In this document: positions 18,930 to 28,658 of the stretch, one piece after another
Numbering within the stretch: position 1 is the stretch's first letter
Layout of the letters: each line of letters opens with the position of its first letter
Assembly: GCA_964291625.2 (NCBI GenBank)
Contig: OZ220089.1
Location: forward strand, 1,664,001-1,728,000
DNA from: Candidatus Latescibacterota bacterium
GTDB lineage: Bacteria; Latescibacterota; UBA2968; UBA8231
Reading direction: 5' to 3'
DNA length: 64,000 nt
The notes under the pieces: model-generated
Database searches by the model: none
The model's input: only the letters and a program-made list of their open reading frames with translations
Told to the model about the DNA's origin: nothing
Made by a program: the position numbers and the translations under genes

Positions 18930-19795
18930 CCCGTCTCCGGTGACCCCGCCAGCGGCCACCCCCGGGCGGCGAGGACCTCGGCCGCCGTGGTGAAGGGGAA
19001 GTCGGACAGGAGTCGGCGCAACCGTTTTTCCGTGCGGGCCAGGTTGAGGTAGTGGGTCCAGGCGATGCGGCGCGGCATGGGGATCCGGGGGTGCTCCGGA
19101 TCGAGTTCCCAGGGGTGCAGGTAGAACACCGCCGGGTGGCCCTCGGCGGCGATCCGCCGGAGGCCGAAGTGGGTCACAATATAGGGGTAGAGCCGGAAGT
19201 AGGCACCACCGGCCACGGGCAGGTTGACCCCGCCCAGACGCCAGGTCGAGGGCGGCAGCTCGACGATGCCGGCCCCGGTCTCGTGGACCCAGCGCGGGGC
19301 CTCCGGGACCCCGTAGCGGTAGTTGCGCACCGGGAAGACGCTGGAGTCGTAGCGGATGCCGCACTCCCGGAGGATCTCGAAGGCCCACCCCGTCCCCCGC
19401 CGGATGGAGAAGTAGGGGGCGCGGAACCCCCGGACCGGGGCCGGGACCAGGCCCGCCAGGACCTCCAGCGAGCGCTCCAGGTCGGCGCGGAACGCCTCCG
19501 GCCCCATGCGGCTCACGAAGCCGTGGCCGTACCCGTGGGTGGCGATCTCGTGGCCCCGGGCGGCGATCTCGCGCACCAGGCCGGGCGCGGACTCGGCGGC
19601 CGCTCCCAGGACGAAGAAGGTGGCCCGCGCTCCGGCGGCGGCCAGCAGGTCGAGGAGCCGGTCCGTGCCCACCGCCACCCGGCGCTCGAAGCCGCTCCAG
19701 TCCGCGGGATCGATCTCCAGGCCGTGGAACCAGTCCTCGAAGTCCACGGTGAAAGCGTGGACAGGGGATTCCGCCGCCCGGCGCGCGGCGGTCAC
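18926..19795 (-). CDS. Polysaccharide deacetylase family protein (DUF3473-type)
   Basis: FTVDFEDWFH, ATFFVLG, GHEIATHGYGH, GFRAPYFS, YDSS, FYLHPWELD. Confidence 0.85.
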   Translation of the reverse strand: MTAARRAAESPVHAFTVDFEDWFHGLEIDPADWSGFERRVAVGTDRLLDLLAAAGARATFFVLGAAAESAPGLVREIAARGHEIATHGYGHGFVSRMGPEAFRADLERSLEVLAGLVPAPVRGFRAPYFSIRRGTGWAFEILRECGIRYDSSVFPVRNYRYGVPEAPRWVHETGAGIVELPPSTWRLGGVNLPVAGGAYFRLYPYIVTHFGLRRIAAEGHPAVFYLHPWELDPEHPRIPMPRRIAWTHYLNLARTEKRLRRLLSDFPFTTAAEVLAARGWPLAGSPETG

Positions 19796-20883
19796 CGGGA
19801 GCCTCCGAGCCCGCGGAGCATGGCCAGCAGCCGCGGCGCGTGCACGGCCAGGCCGTAGCGATCCTCCACCCGCTGCCGCCCCCGTTCGCCGAAGGCCCTG
19901 CGCAGGGCCGGGTCGCGGGCCAGCCGCAGGAGGGCCGACTCCCAGGCGGCCTCGTCGGCGGCCAGGAACCCGGTCTCGCCGTCGGCCACGATCTCGCCGT
20001 TGACGCCTACGGGATGGGCCACCACCGGCAGCGCCGCGGCCATGTACTGGAGCAGCTTGTAACCCCCCTTCCCACGCGTCCACGGGTCGTCGGGCAGAGG
20101 CATGAGGCCGACCTCCCAGCCGCCCAGGTCCTCCGCCTCCCGCTCCAGGCTCCAGGGGCGGCACTCGACCTCCACCCCGCCGAGGCTCCACTCGGCCCCG
20201 ACGACGCAGACCCTCACCGGCTCCTGGCGCGCCACCCGCCGCAGCGGCTCGGCGATCAGCTCCAGGTAGCCGGCGGTGGAGGCGCTGCCGATCCAACCGA
20301 GGACCACCGGGCCCGCCCCCCCGTCTCGGCGAATCCCGGCGAAGGGCGCCGGGTCGATCGGGCCGGTGATGGTCAGCACCGGCCCGTAGCGCCCGGCGAA
20401 CTCCCCCGTGTAGGGGTTCTCCACCACGGCGAGGCGGGCGAGGCGGAGCATGGCGGGCAGACCGGCGGCGGCGCGCCGCTCCCGCCAGCGGGCCAGGAGG
20501 CCGCCGGGGCGCCCCCCGGTCTCGGTGGTGAAGATGGCGTCGTCGAAGTCATAGACCACGGGCACCCCGGTGCGGTGGATCAGCCAGCGCACCGGCGCCG
20601 GGAAGATCACCTTCTGCAGGAACAGGGCGTCGGCGCCCCGGGCGCGGCGCCAGGCCCGCAGGCCGCAGGCGGCGTTGCGCCAGGCGGCGCGCAGGTAGTA
20701 GAGGGCCTTGGCCAGGGGCCGGCCGGAAGCCGCCAGCTGCGAGCCGCCCAGGGCCTCGTCGGGCAGCACGGTGAGGACCTCGCAGTCGACGCCGCCGGCC
20801 CGCAGGTAGGGCAGGTACTGGAAGACGCGGGTGCGGCTGCTGGCCGCGCGCGGGCCGTACTTGGTGACGAACAGGACGCGCAC
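19792..20883 (-). CDS. Glycosyltransferase family 4
   Basis: ASSRTRVFQYLP, YDFDDAIF, GWIGS, GKGGYKLLQYMAAALPVV. Confidence 0.85.
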   Translation of the reverse strand: MRVLFVTKYGPRAASSRTRVFQYLPYLRAGGVDCEVLTVLPDEALGGSQLAASGRPLAKALYYLRAAWRNAACGLRAWRRARGADALFLQKVIFPAPVRWLIHRTGVPVVYDFDDAIFTTETGGRPGGLLARWRERRAAAGLPAMLRLARLAVVENPYTGEFAGRYGPVLTITGPIDPAPFAGIRRDGGAGPVVLGWIGSASTAGYLELIAEPLRRVARQEPVRVCVVGAEWSLGGVEVECRPWSLEREAEDLGGWEVGLMPLPDDPWTRGKGGYKLLQYMAAALPVVAHPVGVNGEIVADGETGFLAADEAAWESALLRLARDPALRRAFGERGRQRVEDRYGLAVHAPRLLAMLRGLGGSR

Positions 20884-20933
20884 GGCGGCGCTGACCGGGC
20901 GCTACGGGCGCGGGACGGCGCGCCCGGCCTCCA

Positions 20934-22085
20934 TCAGCCCGCCGCCGCCGGTTGCCGGCGCTCGCCCTCGGCGAAGGCGCGCACCGCGGCGATGACGCGG
21001 TCCTGATGCTCCTCGGTGAGGCCCGGGTAGAGGGGGATGGAGAGGATGCGCTGCCACACCCGCTCGGTCACCGGCAGACGGGTCGTGCAGGGGCGGAAGA
21101 GCCGGTAGAGGTGGTTGGGGTAGAAGTGGACGTTGGAGTCGATCCCGCAGGCGTCGAGGTGGGCGAAGAGGCCGTCGCGGTCGTCGACCTGGATGACGGC
21201 GTTGTAGCAGGCGCTGAGGGCGTAGTCGCGGGCGGCGAGACAGTCGACGCCGTCGAGGCCGGCGAAGGCCTCGCGGTAGCGGGCCATCAACTCCCGCCGC
21301 CGCTGGTTGTTGGCCTCCAGGCTGTCCATCTGCGCCAGGCCCAGGGCGGCGGCGAGGTCGTTCATCTCGTACTTCCAGCCCACCTCCTCGACCTCGTACA
21401 TCCACGAACGCTTCGGCTGCCCCGGCCGGAAGCGCTCCCACGTGGGCCGGGTGATGCCGCACCAGCGCAGCTTGCGCACCCGTCCGGCCAGCGCCTCGTC
21501 GCCGGTGACCAGCATGCCGCCGTCGCCGGTGGTCATGTTCTTGGTCGCCTGGAAGCTGAAGCAGCCCACGTCGCCGAGGGAGCCGAGGCGGCGGCCCCGG
21601 TAGAGCCCCCCGCACCCGTGGGCGGCGTCCTCGACCACGGTCAGCCCGTGGGCGGCGGCCAGCTCCAGGACGGGGTCCATGTCGCAGGCCTGGCCGCCGT
21701 AGTGGGTGACGACGATGGCCCGGGTGGTGGGGGTGATCTTCCGGGCCACATCGTCGACGCTGAGGTTCAGCGTGTCGGGCTCGATGTCGCAGAACACGGG
21801 GCGCCCGCCGGCGAGCAGGATCGCCTGGGTCGAGGAGACCCAGGTCAGGGAACTGGTGAGGACCTCCTGGCCCTCGACCTCGGCGCACAGCAGGCCCAGG
21901 TGAAGGGCCGCCGTGGCCGAGTTGAGGGCCACCGCGTGGTCGACGCCGATGTACTCGGCGAAGCGCTCCTCGAAGTGGATGCTGCGCGGCCCCCGGCCGA
22001 CCCAGCGGCTGTCCAGGGTCTCGCACAGGGCGGCCTTCTCGGCGGCGCCGAGGGTGGGGCGGAAGAGCTGGATGCGCTCGCTCAA
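20934..22085 (-). CDS. DegT/DnrJ/EryC1/StrS family sugar aminotransferase
   Basis: NSATAALHL, VEDAAHG, FSFQATKNMTTGDGGM (PLP lysine); TTG start overlaps the upstream TGA. Confidence 0.9.
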   Translation of the reverse strand: MSERIQLFRPTLGAAEKAALCETLDSRWVGRGPRSIHFEERFAEYIGVDHAVALNSATAALHLGLLCAEVEGQEVLTSSLTWVSSTQAILLAGGRPVFCDIEPDTLNLSVDDVARKITPTTRAIVVTHYGGQACDMDPVLELAAAHGLTVVEDAAHGCGGLYRGRRLGSLGDVGCFSFQATKNMTTGDGGMLVTGDEALAGRVRKLRWCGITRPTWERFRPGQPKRSWMYEVEEVGWKYEMNDLAAALGLAQMDSLEANNQRRRELMARYREAFAGLDGVDCLAARDYALSACYNAVIQVDDRDGLFAHLDACGIDSNVHFYPNHLYRLFRPCTTRLPVTERVWQRILSIPLYPGLTEEHQDRVIAAVRAFAEGERRQPAAAG

Positions 22086-23041
22086 GAGGCTCCTCCGGGC
22101 CGCGGATCCCGCGGCGCCCAGAAGCCGCGGTCGGCGAGGGTGCGCCACAGGATGCGGCGGTAGGCGCCGAGGCGTTCCCGGGCCTCGCCCCGGGTGCGGG
22201 CGCGGACCAGCCAGAGCAGGGACCAGAGGCAGGCGCGCAGGATCATCTCGATGCCGGTGAGCAGACGCAGGAGGTGCAGGCGGCCGCGGCCGAAATGCTT
22301 CTGATGGAGGTAGTACTGGCTCCGCTGGCTCACGACGAGCATCTCCCCCAGGCGCTGGCGGATGCTGCGGCCCTCGTGGTGGACGACCCGGCTCCGCGGG
22401 AAGTAGACGACGCGCCAGCCGGCGTGGCCCAGGCGCATGCACCACTCCACGTCCTCGTGGCACATGAACATGCCGTCGTCGAGAAGACCGGCGGCCTCGA
22501 CGGCTTCCCGGCGGACCAGGAGGCAGGCGCCCGTGGCCCAGCCCACATCCTCCGCCCGGCCGCGGCGGCGGGCCAATCTACGGTCGGGGAACAGTCTGTG
22601 CAACAACAGCTTATGCGCGATCAGGGAGAGCCTTCCCGGGGTCTCTCCCCAGGAGAGTTCCAGGTTGCCGCGGCCGTCCTCCAGGCGCGGGCCGACGGCC
22701 CCCACGCGGGCGTTGCGGTCGGCGAAATCCACCATCCCGCCCAGGGCCCCCGGGTCGACGCGGGTGTCGGGGTTGAGGAGCAGCAGGTGGCGGCCGCGAG
22801 CCCGGCCGAGGGCGAGGTTGTGGCCGCCGCTGAACCCGAGGTTCTCGCGGCAGCGGATGACCGCCGCCTCCGGGAAGCACTCCTCCACCATGTCGGCGCT
22901 GCCGTCCGCCGAGGCGTTGTCGACGACGAACAGCTCCCACGCGGCGCTGCGCGGGTCCTCGCGGATCGAGCCCAGGCAGTCGCGCAGCAGCTCGCGGGTG
23001 TTCCAGCTGACGATGGAGATCGACAGCTCCGGGGCGCTCAC
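22082..23041 (-). CDS. Glycosyltransferase family 2
   Basis: ISIVSWN, VVDNASADGS, NLGFSGGHN, LLLNPD, GACLL, HEDVEWCMR. Confidence 0.9.
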   Translation of the reverse strand: MSAPELSISIVSWNTRELLRDCLGSIREDPRSAAWELFVVDNASADGSADMVEECFPEAAVIRCRENLGFSGGHNLALGRARGRHLLLLNPDTRVDPGALGGMVDFADRNARVGAVGPRLEDGRGNLELSWGETPGRLSLIAHKLLLHRLFPDRRLARRRGRAEDVGWATGACLLVRREAVEAAGLLDDGMFMCHEDVEWCMRLGHAGWRVVYFPRSRVVHHEGRSIRQRLGEMLVVSQRSQYYLHQKHFGRGRLHLLRLLTGIEMILRACLWSLLWLVRARTRGEARERLGAYRRILWRTLADRGFWAPRDPRPGGAS

Positions 23042-24312
23042 CGCAGACCCCCCGCCTCCAGCACCGAGACCACGGCCGCCCGCGCCGCCTCCGCCTGCCA
23101 CCACACCAGCCCCTGCAGCGCCGCCCAGGCCGCGCAGGCCCCGGCGAAGAGGCGGCCCCCGCGGCGCCAGCCCTCGTGGGCGGCGGCGGCGCCGAAGATC
23201 AGCAGCAACGGCTCCAGGGGCAGGCGGAAGCGCGTCGAGCCGTAGAGCAGGAAGCAGAAGACGGCCGTCGAGAGGACGACGACCGCCGCCGGATAGCGGA
23301 ACCCCGGGCTCCGCCCCCAGCGGGCCAGCCCCCAGACCCAGAACGGCGCCGCCAGCACGAAGGCGGCGTTGTACCCGGGCTGGAAGAAGTACCCGAACCG
23401 CAGGAAGCGCTCGCCCGCCAGGCGCAGGTATCCCAGGGGATGGGCGGCGATCCAGCCGAGGCCCTGCCGCCACCAGCGCCGGTCCCGCTCCACCTCGCCG
23501 GGCACGGCCTCGAAGTGTCCGCCGTCGATGCGCCAGCCGTCGGGCTGCCGCCAGTCCGGCCGGTCGGCGTTGCTGCGGGCGACGATGAAGCCGCCGTGGG
23601 TGGAGACCGGGATGAAGGCGCCGTGGACCAGGGCGTTGCGGGCGGTCCACGGCGCCAGGGTCGCCACGAGACCGGCCCCCAGGGGCAGCGCCCAGCGCCA
23701 GAGCCAGCCCCGCAGCGCCGCCCGGTCCTCCCAGGCGGCCACGGCCAGCACCGCCGGCGCCGCGAGCAGGCCCACCGGTCGGGTGAGGCCGGCCAGGGCG
23801 ATCAGCGCGCCGGCGGCGAAGGCCCAGCGGCGGCCGGGACGGTGGCGGCTCTCGACCGCGGCCCAGAGGGCGGCCACCAGCAGGCCGGTGAAGAGGCACT
23901 CGCTCATCACCTCGTTGGCGCTGGCCAGCAGCGGCGGGTAGAGGGCCGCCGCCACGCCGGCCGCGGGCGCCGCCGAGGGCCGCAGCCGCAGGGCCAGCAG
24001 GTAGACCAGCGACACCGTGAGCGCCCCCAGGACCGCCTGCGCCATCCTCACCGCCTGGTGATCGAAGCCGGCGGCCCCGTACACGGCGGCCAGCATCAGC
24101 GGATAGCCCGGGGCCCGCCACGAGCGCACCGGGTGGCCGAACCAGTTGTCGTGGGAGACGAACCCCTCCCCGGCGAGCAGGTTGCGGGCGATCTCGTCGT
24201 AGTCGGGGGTGTCCTGGGGCGGCGCTTCGGGGGCGGCGCTCACGTACAGGATGCGCAGCGCCGCGGCCCCGGCGAAGAGCCATCCGGCAAGGCCCATCCG
24301 GGGACGGCGCAT
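23038..24312 (-). CDS. ArnT/PMT-like GT-C membrane glycosyltransferase
   Basis: DTPDYDEIARNL, RAPGYP, MSECLF, LTRP, PWTARN, RFRLP; multiple TM segments. Confidence 0.75.
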   Translation of the reverse strand: MRRPRMGLAGWLFAGAAALRILYVSAAPEAPPQDTPDYDEIARNLLAGEGFVSHDNWFGHPVRSWRAPGYPLMLAAVYGAAGFDHQAVRMAQAVLGALTVSLVYLLALRLRPSAAPAAGVAAALYPPLLASANEVMSECLFTGLLVAALWAAVESRHRPGRRWAFAAGALIALAGLTRPVGLLAAPAVLAVAAWEDRAALRGWLWRWALPLGAGLVATLAPWTARNALVHGAFIPVSTHGGFIVARSNADRPDWRQPDGWRIDGGHFEAVPGEVERDRRWWRQGLGWIAAHPLGYLRLAGERFLRFGYFFQPGYNAAFVLAAPFWVWGLARWGRSPGFRYPAAVVVLSTAVFCFLLYGSTRFRLPLEPLLLIFGAAAAHEGWRRGGRLFAGACAAWAALQGLVWWQAEAARAAVVSVLEAGGLR

Positions 24313-25646
24313 CAGGCGCCGAGGACCTCGTCGAAGCACTCCGCCAGCCGGCGGGTCAGCTGGCGCCGGTGGAAGCGTTCCAGGCCGGTCTCCGCGCGCG
24401 GCAGGGACCCCTCCCGCCATCCCGCCCACAGCCGCCGCAGGGCCGCCTCGATGGCGTCGGTGTCGCCCGGGGCCGCGCACAGCCCGGCGTCCAGCTCCTC
24501 CACCGTGCGCCGCGTCTCCCCCTCGCCGCAGAGGCCGAGGATCGGCTTGCCGGCGGCGAGGTACTCGAAGAGCTTGCCCGGCGCGTTGGAGGCGGGCCAC
24601 GGCCGCGGGTGGTCCACGAGGAGGAGCACGTCGGCGCGCCTCTGGAAGGCCAGGGCCGTGGCGCGGTCGACGGCGCCGGTGAGCCGCACCACGCCCAGCT
24701 CGGCCAGGGCCGACACCCGCTCCCGCTCGGCCGGGGACAGCTCGCCCACCAGGATCACCTCCAGGCGGTCGCACCACGCCGGCTCGGTGTCGACCAGCCG
24801 GCGCAGGACCCGCTCCAGGGGCTCGATGGAGCGGCCGGGGTGGCTGTAGGCGAAGCTGCCCGTGTGCACCAGGCTCAGGCGCCCGGAGACCGGCGCCCCC
24901 TCCGGATCGGCCTCGGCCTGCGCAGCCTCCCCGTCGGCGGGGTCGAAGCCGTTGGTGATGACGCGCACCTTGGCGGCCTCGGCCGGATAGCGGCGGACGA
25001 AGTCGTCGGCGGCGGTCCCCGTCGCCGAGATCACGGCGTCGGCCCCGGCCATCACCCGCTCCTCGAGGCGGCGTTCCAGCTCGCGGCGGAAGGGCCTCTC
25101 CAGCAGGGCGGGCTCCAGCGGGTCGTAGAGCCAGGCGTCGCGGAAGTCGGCGATCCACGGCAGTCCCGTCTGCGCCTTGAGCAGGCCGCCGAGCAGGTGC
25201 GCCGAGGCCGGCGGGCTGGTCGTGTAGATCGCCTCCGCTCCGTGGCGCCGCACCCAGCGCAGGGCGGCGAGCGCGGCCCACGGAACCCAGGTGATCTGCC
25301 CGTCGGGGACCAGCAGCCAGCGCCGCGCCCCCGCGGAGAGGCCGGCCAGGGGGCCCCGCGTGCGCGTGCGGGTGGCGGCGGCGCCCCGGTGCCGGGCGGC
25401 GGGGTTGAAGAGGCGTCGGTAGAGCCCCAGCGGCTCCCAGGCGCGGATCACTCCGTCCTTCGGCCTTCCGAAGGCGCCCGTGCCCACCACCCGCGGCTGG
25501 TAGCCGAACTCCGGCAGATAGTGGGTGAACCGGGCGGAGCGCTCCACGCCCGGCGAACGCATCGGCGGGTAGTGGTAGGCGACGAAGAGAACGGTCCGGA
25601 GGGGCGGAGCCCCGTCGGCCGGGGTGGCCTGCGGCGGTGGCGTCAT
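24312..25646 (-). CDS. Glycosyltransferase family 4
   Basis: VAYHYPP, TTSPP, ADFRDAW, ITNGFD, PGKLFEYLAAGKPIL; this is the C-terminal part of the long track ORF. Confidence 0.85.
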   Translation of the reverse strand: MTPPPQATPADGAPPLRTVLFVAYHYPPMRSPGVERSARFTHYLPEFGYQPRVVGTGAFGRPKDGVIRAWEPLGLYRRLFNPAARHRGAAATRTRTRGPLAGLSAGARRWLLVPDGQITWVPWAALAALRWVRRHGAEAIYTTSPPASAHLLGGLLKAQTGLPWIADFRDAWLYDPLEPALLERPFRRELERRLEERVMAGADAVISATGTAADDFVRRYPAEAAKVRVITNGFDPADGEAAQAEADPEGAPVSGRLSLVHTGSFAYSHPGRSIEPLERVLRRLVDTEPAWCDRLEVILVGELSPAERERVSALAELGVVRLTGAVDRATALAFQRRADVLLLVDHPRPWPASNAPGKLFEYLAAGKPILGLCGEGETRRTVEELDAGLCAAPGDTDAIEAALRRLWAGWREGSLPRAETGLERFHRRQLTRRLAECFDEVLGA

Positions 25647-25754
25647 CAGTCGAGAGAAGGCCGAAACTAAGGCGTCCCCGGGGGCCGCCTCAAACCGTTC
25701 GACGGCCCTCCGCGCCGGTAGCCGTTCAACGGGACAGGGCCTATATTGGAGGCC

Positions 25755-26228
25755 ATGAGCCTGCTCGATATCCTCTCCGTGGAATCGGCCATCGTCGGCC
25801 TCGAGGGAGAGACCAAGGACGACATCATCGAGGAGCTCGTCGACTCGCTCGATGTCGGCGCCTCCATCACCGACAGGGACAAGGTCCTGCAGGCGGTGCT
25901 CGAGCGCGAGAAGATCATGAGCACCGGCATCGGCGACGGCATCGCCATCCCCCACGGCAAGTCCGACGCCGTCCTCGAGCTCGCCGCCGCCCTCGGCATC
26001 CACAAGCGCGGCGTCGACTTCGAGGCCCTCGACGGCGAGCCGACCTTCGTCTTCTTCCTCCTCGTCTCCCCCGCCAGCATCTCGGGCCCCCACATCAAGG
26101 CCCTGGCCCGCATCTCCCGCATGTTGAAGAACGACAGCTTCAAGAAGAAGCTGATCGAGGCCGGGTCCTCCGAGGAGATCCTCGAGGTCATCGGAGAAGA
26201 AGAGAAGAACCACCCGCCCGCCGGGTAG
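25755..26228 (+). CDS. PTS IIA component (fructose/nitrogen-regulatory type)
   Basis: LEREKIMSTGIGDGIAIPHGK, GVDFEALDG, HIKALARISR; GGAGG RBS. Confidence 0.9.
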   Translation: MSLLDILSVESAIVGLEGETKDDIIEELVDSLDVGASITDRDKVLQAVLEREKIMSTGIGDGIAIPHGKSDAVLELAAALGIHKRGVDFEALDGEPTFVFFLLVSPASISGPHIKALARISRMLKNDSFKKKLIEAGSSEEILEVIGEEEKNHPPAG

Positions 26229-26240
26229 CGGCGGCGCCGC

Positions 26241-28316
26241 TTGCAGTTCCTCAACCCCCTGGCCCTGGCCGGGCTCGCGGCGGCTCTCGTCCCCCTCGCC
26301 GTCCACCTCCTGCACCGCGGGCGCCCCCGGGTCGTCCCCTTCAGCAACGTCGCCTTCCTGCGGCGGGTCCACGTCAGCCACATGCGCGGCCTGCGCCTGC
26401 GCCAGTGGCTGGTGCTGCTGCTGCGCATGCTCGCCGTCGCCTGCCTGGCCCTCGCCTGCGCCCGCCCCGCCCTGCAGGAGGGCGCCGGCCTCTTCGGAGG
26501 CTCGCGGCCGGCGGCGGCCGTGCTCCTTCTGGACCGCTCCCTCAGCACCCGCCACAGCCCGCCCGGAGGCCGCGCCTTCGACCGTCTCCGCCAGCGCGCC
26601 GACGAGGTCCTGTCCGTGTACGAGGACGGCCGCCACCGGGTGAGCGTGATCCCCTTCGCCTCCCGCCCCGACAGTGCCGACGGTTCGGCGGTGAGCCTCC
26701 TGCGGGAACGCCTGGCCGAGGTCGCCCCGGGCGAGGCCGGCACCGACGTGTCCCGGGCCCTGCGCGCCGCCGGCCGGCAGCTCGCGCGGACGCCGGCGGC
26801 GCGGGGGGAGGTCTTCCTGTTCACCGACCTGGCGGGCACCGGCTGGGAGGACGTCCGCCCCGGCTTCCTCGGCCCCGAGCCGCGGTCCCTCTTCGTCGTC
26901 TCTCCCGCCGGCGGCCGGCAGCGCAACCTCCACGTCTCCAGGGTGCGCGCCGCGGGCTGGCTCGCCGCCCCGGGCTCGCGCCTCGGCATCGGCGCCCGGG
27001 TGGGGCAGTCGGGGGGCGGCGAGGCCGATCTCTCCGTCGACCTCTTCCTCGACGGCGAGCGCGTGCAGCGGCGGCGGGTGCAGGTGCCGGCGTCGGGGGC
27101 GGCCGAGGTGGCCTTCACCGTAGCCCCCCGGCGCAGCGGCCGGCTCCCCGGCTTCGTGGAGGTCGAGGCCGACGATCTGCCCGCCGACAACCGCCGCTAC
27201 TTCATCCTCCAGGTGCCCGACGGCATCGCCGTCCTGCTGGCGGGGCCGGCCCGGAGCGACACCTACTACGCCCGCCGCGCCCTGGCCGCCGCCGCCACCG
27301 GAGACGCCGCCCTGAAGGTGGAGTCCACCACCCTCGACGAACTGGACGAGGACAGACTGGCCGGCGTCGACGTGCTGGTCCTGTGCCACCTGGAGAACGC
27401 GACAGCCGCGCAGGCGAGGCAGGTGCGGCGCTTCGTCGAGGCCGGGGGCGGGCTGCTGCTGCTGCCCGGTCCGGCGGCCGACCTCTCCCGCCTCAACCGG
27501 GACTGGCTGCCGGGGCTGGTGCCGGCCACCCTCGCCGGCGTCGCCGGACGGCCGGGCGAGGAGGCCTACGCCGTTCTCGACTCGAACACCGCCGACGCCG
27601 GGCTCTTCGCCGGCCTCCTGGCCGAGCCCGGGGACCGGCCCCGCTTTCACGCCCGCTTCGACGTGGTCACCCGGCGCCAGCTCGCCGTCCTCGCCCGCTT
27701 CGACGACGGCAAGGCCGCCCTCGTCGAGGGCCGGCCCGGCGAGGGGCGCGCCCTGCTGTGGGCCGTGCCCCTCGACCTGGCCTGGAGCGACTGGCCGCGG
27801 CGCGGCTCCTTCGTGCCGCTGCTGCACCGGCTCTGCCGCTACCTCGCGCGGCCGGCGGGGGACGCCGCCTACACGGTGGGGGACCGCGCCTGGCGCCGCC
27901 TTCCCGGCTCGCAGGTGGACGACCGCGTGCAGGCGCTGGCGCCCTCCGGCCGCCGACGGTTCATCCGCGCTGAGACCTCCCTCGGGGACCTGCGCTGGGC
28001 CCTGCCGCCGCTGGACGAGGCGGGCATCTGGCGCCTCCTGGGGCCTGACGGCGGCGTCCGCGACGAGTTCGCCGTCAACGTCGACGCCGCCGAGTCCGAC
28101 CTCACCGCCCTGTCGGAGGAGGAGGTCCGCGAGCGGCTCCCGGGGACGAGCCTCCACTTCCTCGACGACGGGGCGCCCGTGGGGGAGCGGGTCCTGGCCC
28201 TGCGCCACGGGCGCGAGCTGTGGCGGGAGTGCCTGGTCCTGGCGCTGGTGCTGCTGCTGCTGGAGTTGTGGATCGGGCGGGCGCCGCTGCCGAAGGGGGC
28301 GGCCCGGGAGGCCTGA
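26241..28316 (+). CDS. BatA N-terminal double-TM / vWA domain protein
   Basis: MQFLNPLALAGLAAALVPLAVHLL...LLRML...ARP; DRSLS; VFLFTD; ADNRRY; ESDL and a C-terminal TM segment. Confidence 0.8.
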   Translation: MQFLNPLALAGLAAALVPLAVHLLHRGRPRVVPFSNVAFLRRVHVSHMRGLRLRQWLVLLLRMLAVACLALACARPALQEGAGLFGGSRPAAAVLLLDRSLSTRHSPPGGRAFDRLRQRADEVLSVYEDGRHRVSVIPFASRPDSADGSAVSLLRERLAEVAPGEAGTDVSRALRAAGRQLARTPAARGEVFLFTDLAGTGWEDVRPGFLGPEPRSLFVVSPAGGRQRNLHVSRVRAAGWLAAPGSRLGIGARVGQSGGGEADLSVDLFLDGERVQRRRVQVPASGAAEVAFTVAPRRSGRLPGFVEVEADDLPADNRRYFILQVPDGIAVLLAGPARSDTYYARRALAAAATGDAALKVESTTLDELDEDRLAGVDVLVLCHLENATAAQARQVRRFVEAGGGLLLLPGPAADLSRLNRDWLPGLVPATLAGVAGRPGEEAYAVLDSNTADAGLFAGLLAEPGDRPRFHARFDVVTRRQLAVLARFDDGKAALVEGRPGEGRALLWAVPLDLAWSDWPRRGSFVPLLHRLCRYLARPAGDAAYTVGDRAWRRLPGSQVDDRVQALAPSGRRRFIRAETSLGDLRWALPPLDEAGIWRLLGPDGGVRDEFAVNVDAAESDLTALSEEEVRERLPGTSLHFLDDGAPVGERVLALRHGRELWRECLVLALVLLLLELWIGRAPLPKGAAREA

Positions 28317-28658
28317 TCAGGCGTCGAGGCCGCGCAGCATCTCGAAGGTGTAGATGCCGTCCTCGTGGCCGTCGGCCCAGTGGATGCGGATGCCGTAACG
28401 GCCCACCGGGTCGAAGCCCCGGGCCTCGGAGGTGGGCGTCAGCTCCTCGGTGGTGACGAGGGGCAGCTCCGCCGCCACCAGCTGCGGACCGTGGGGCTCG
28501 CCGCGCTTCTGGCGGCAGATGGCGCAGGGGCACCGCATCCGCAGGTCCTGCAGGTCGTAGCGGCTCTCGCGGCCGTCCTGCCAGCGGATGCTCAGGGCCT
28601 CGTCGCCCAGGTCGATCCGCTCCGGCCGGCGCTTCCTGCGCTCCTGGAGACCTCGCAT
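28317..28658 (-). CDS. DUF971 / gamma-butyrobetaine hydroxylase-like N-terminal domain protein
   Basis: IRWQDG, LRMRCPCAIC, VGRYGI, WADGHEDGIYTF. Confidence 0.85.
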   Translation of the reverse strand: MRGLQERRKRRPERIDLGDEALSIRWQDGRESRYDLQDLRMRCPCAICRQKRGEPHGPQLVAAELPLVTTEELTPTSEARGFDPVGRYGIRIHWADGHEDGIYTFEMLRGLDA

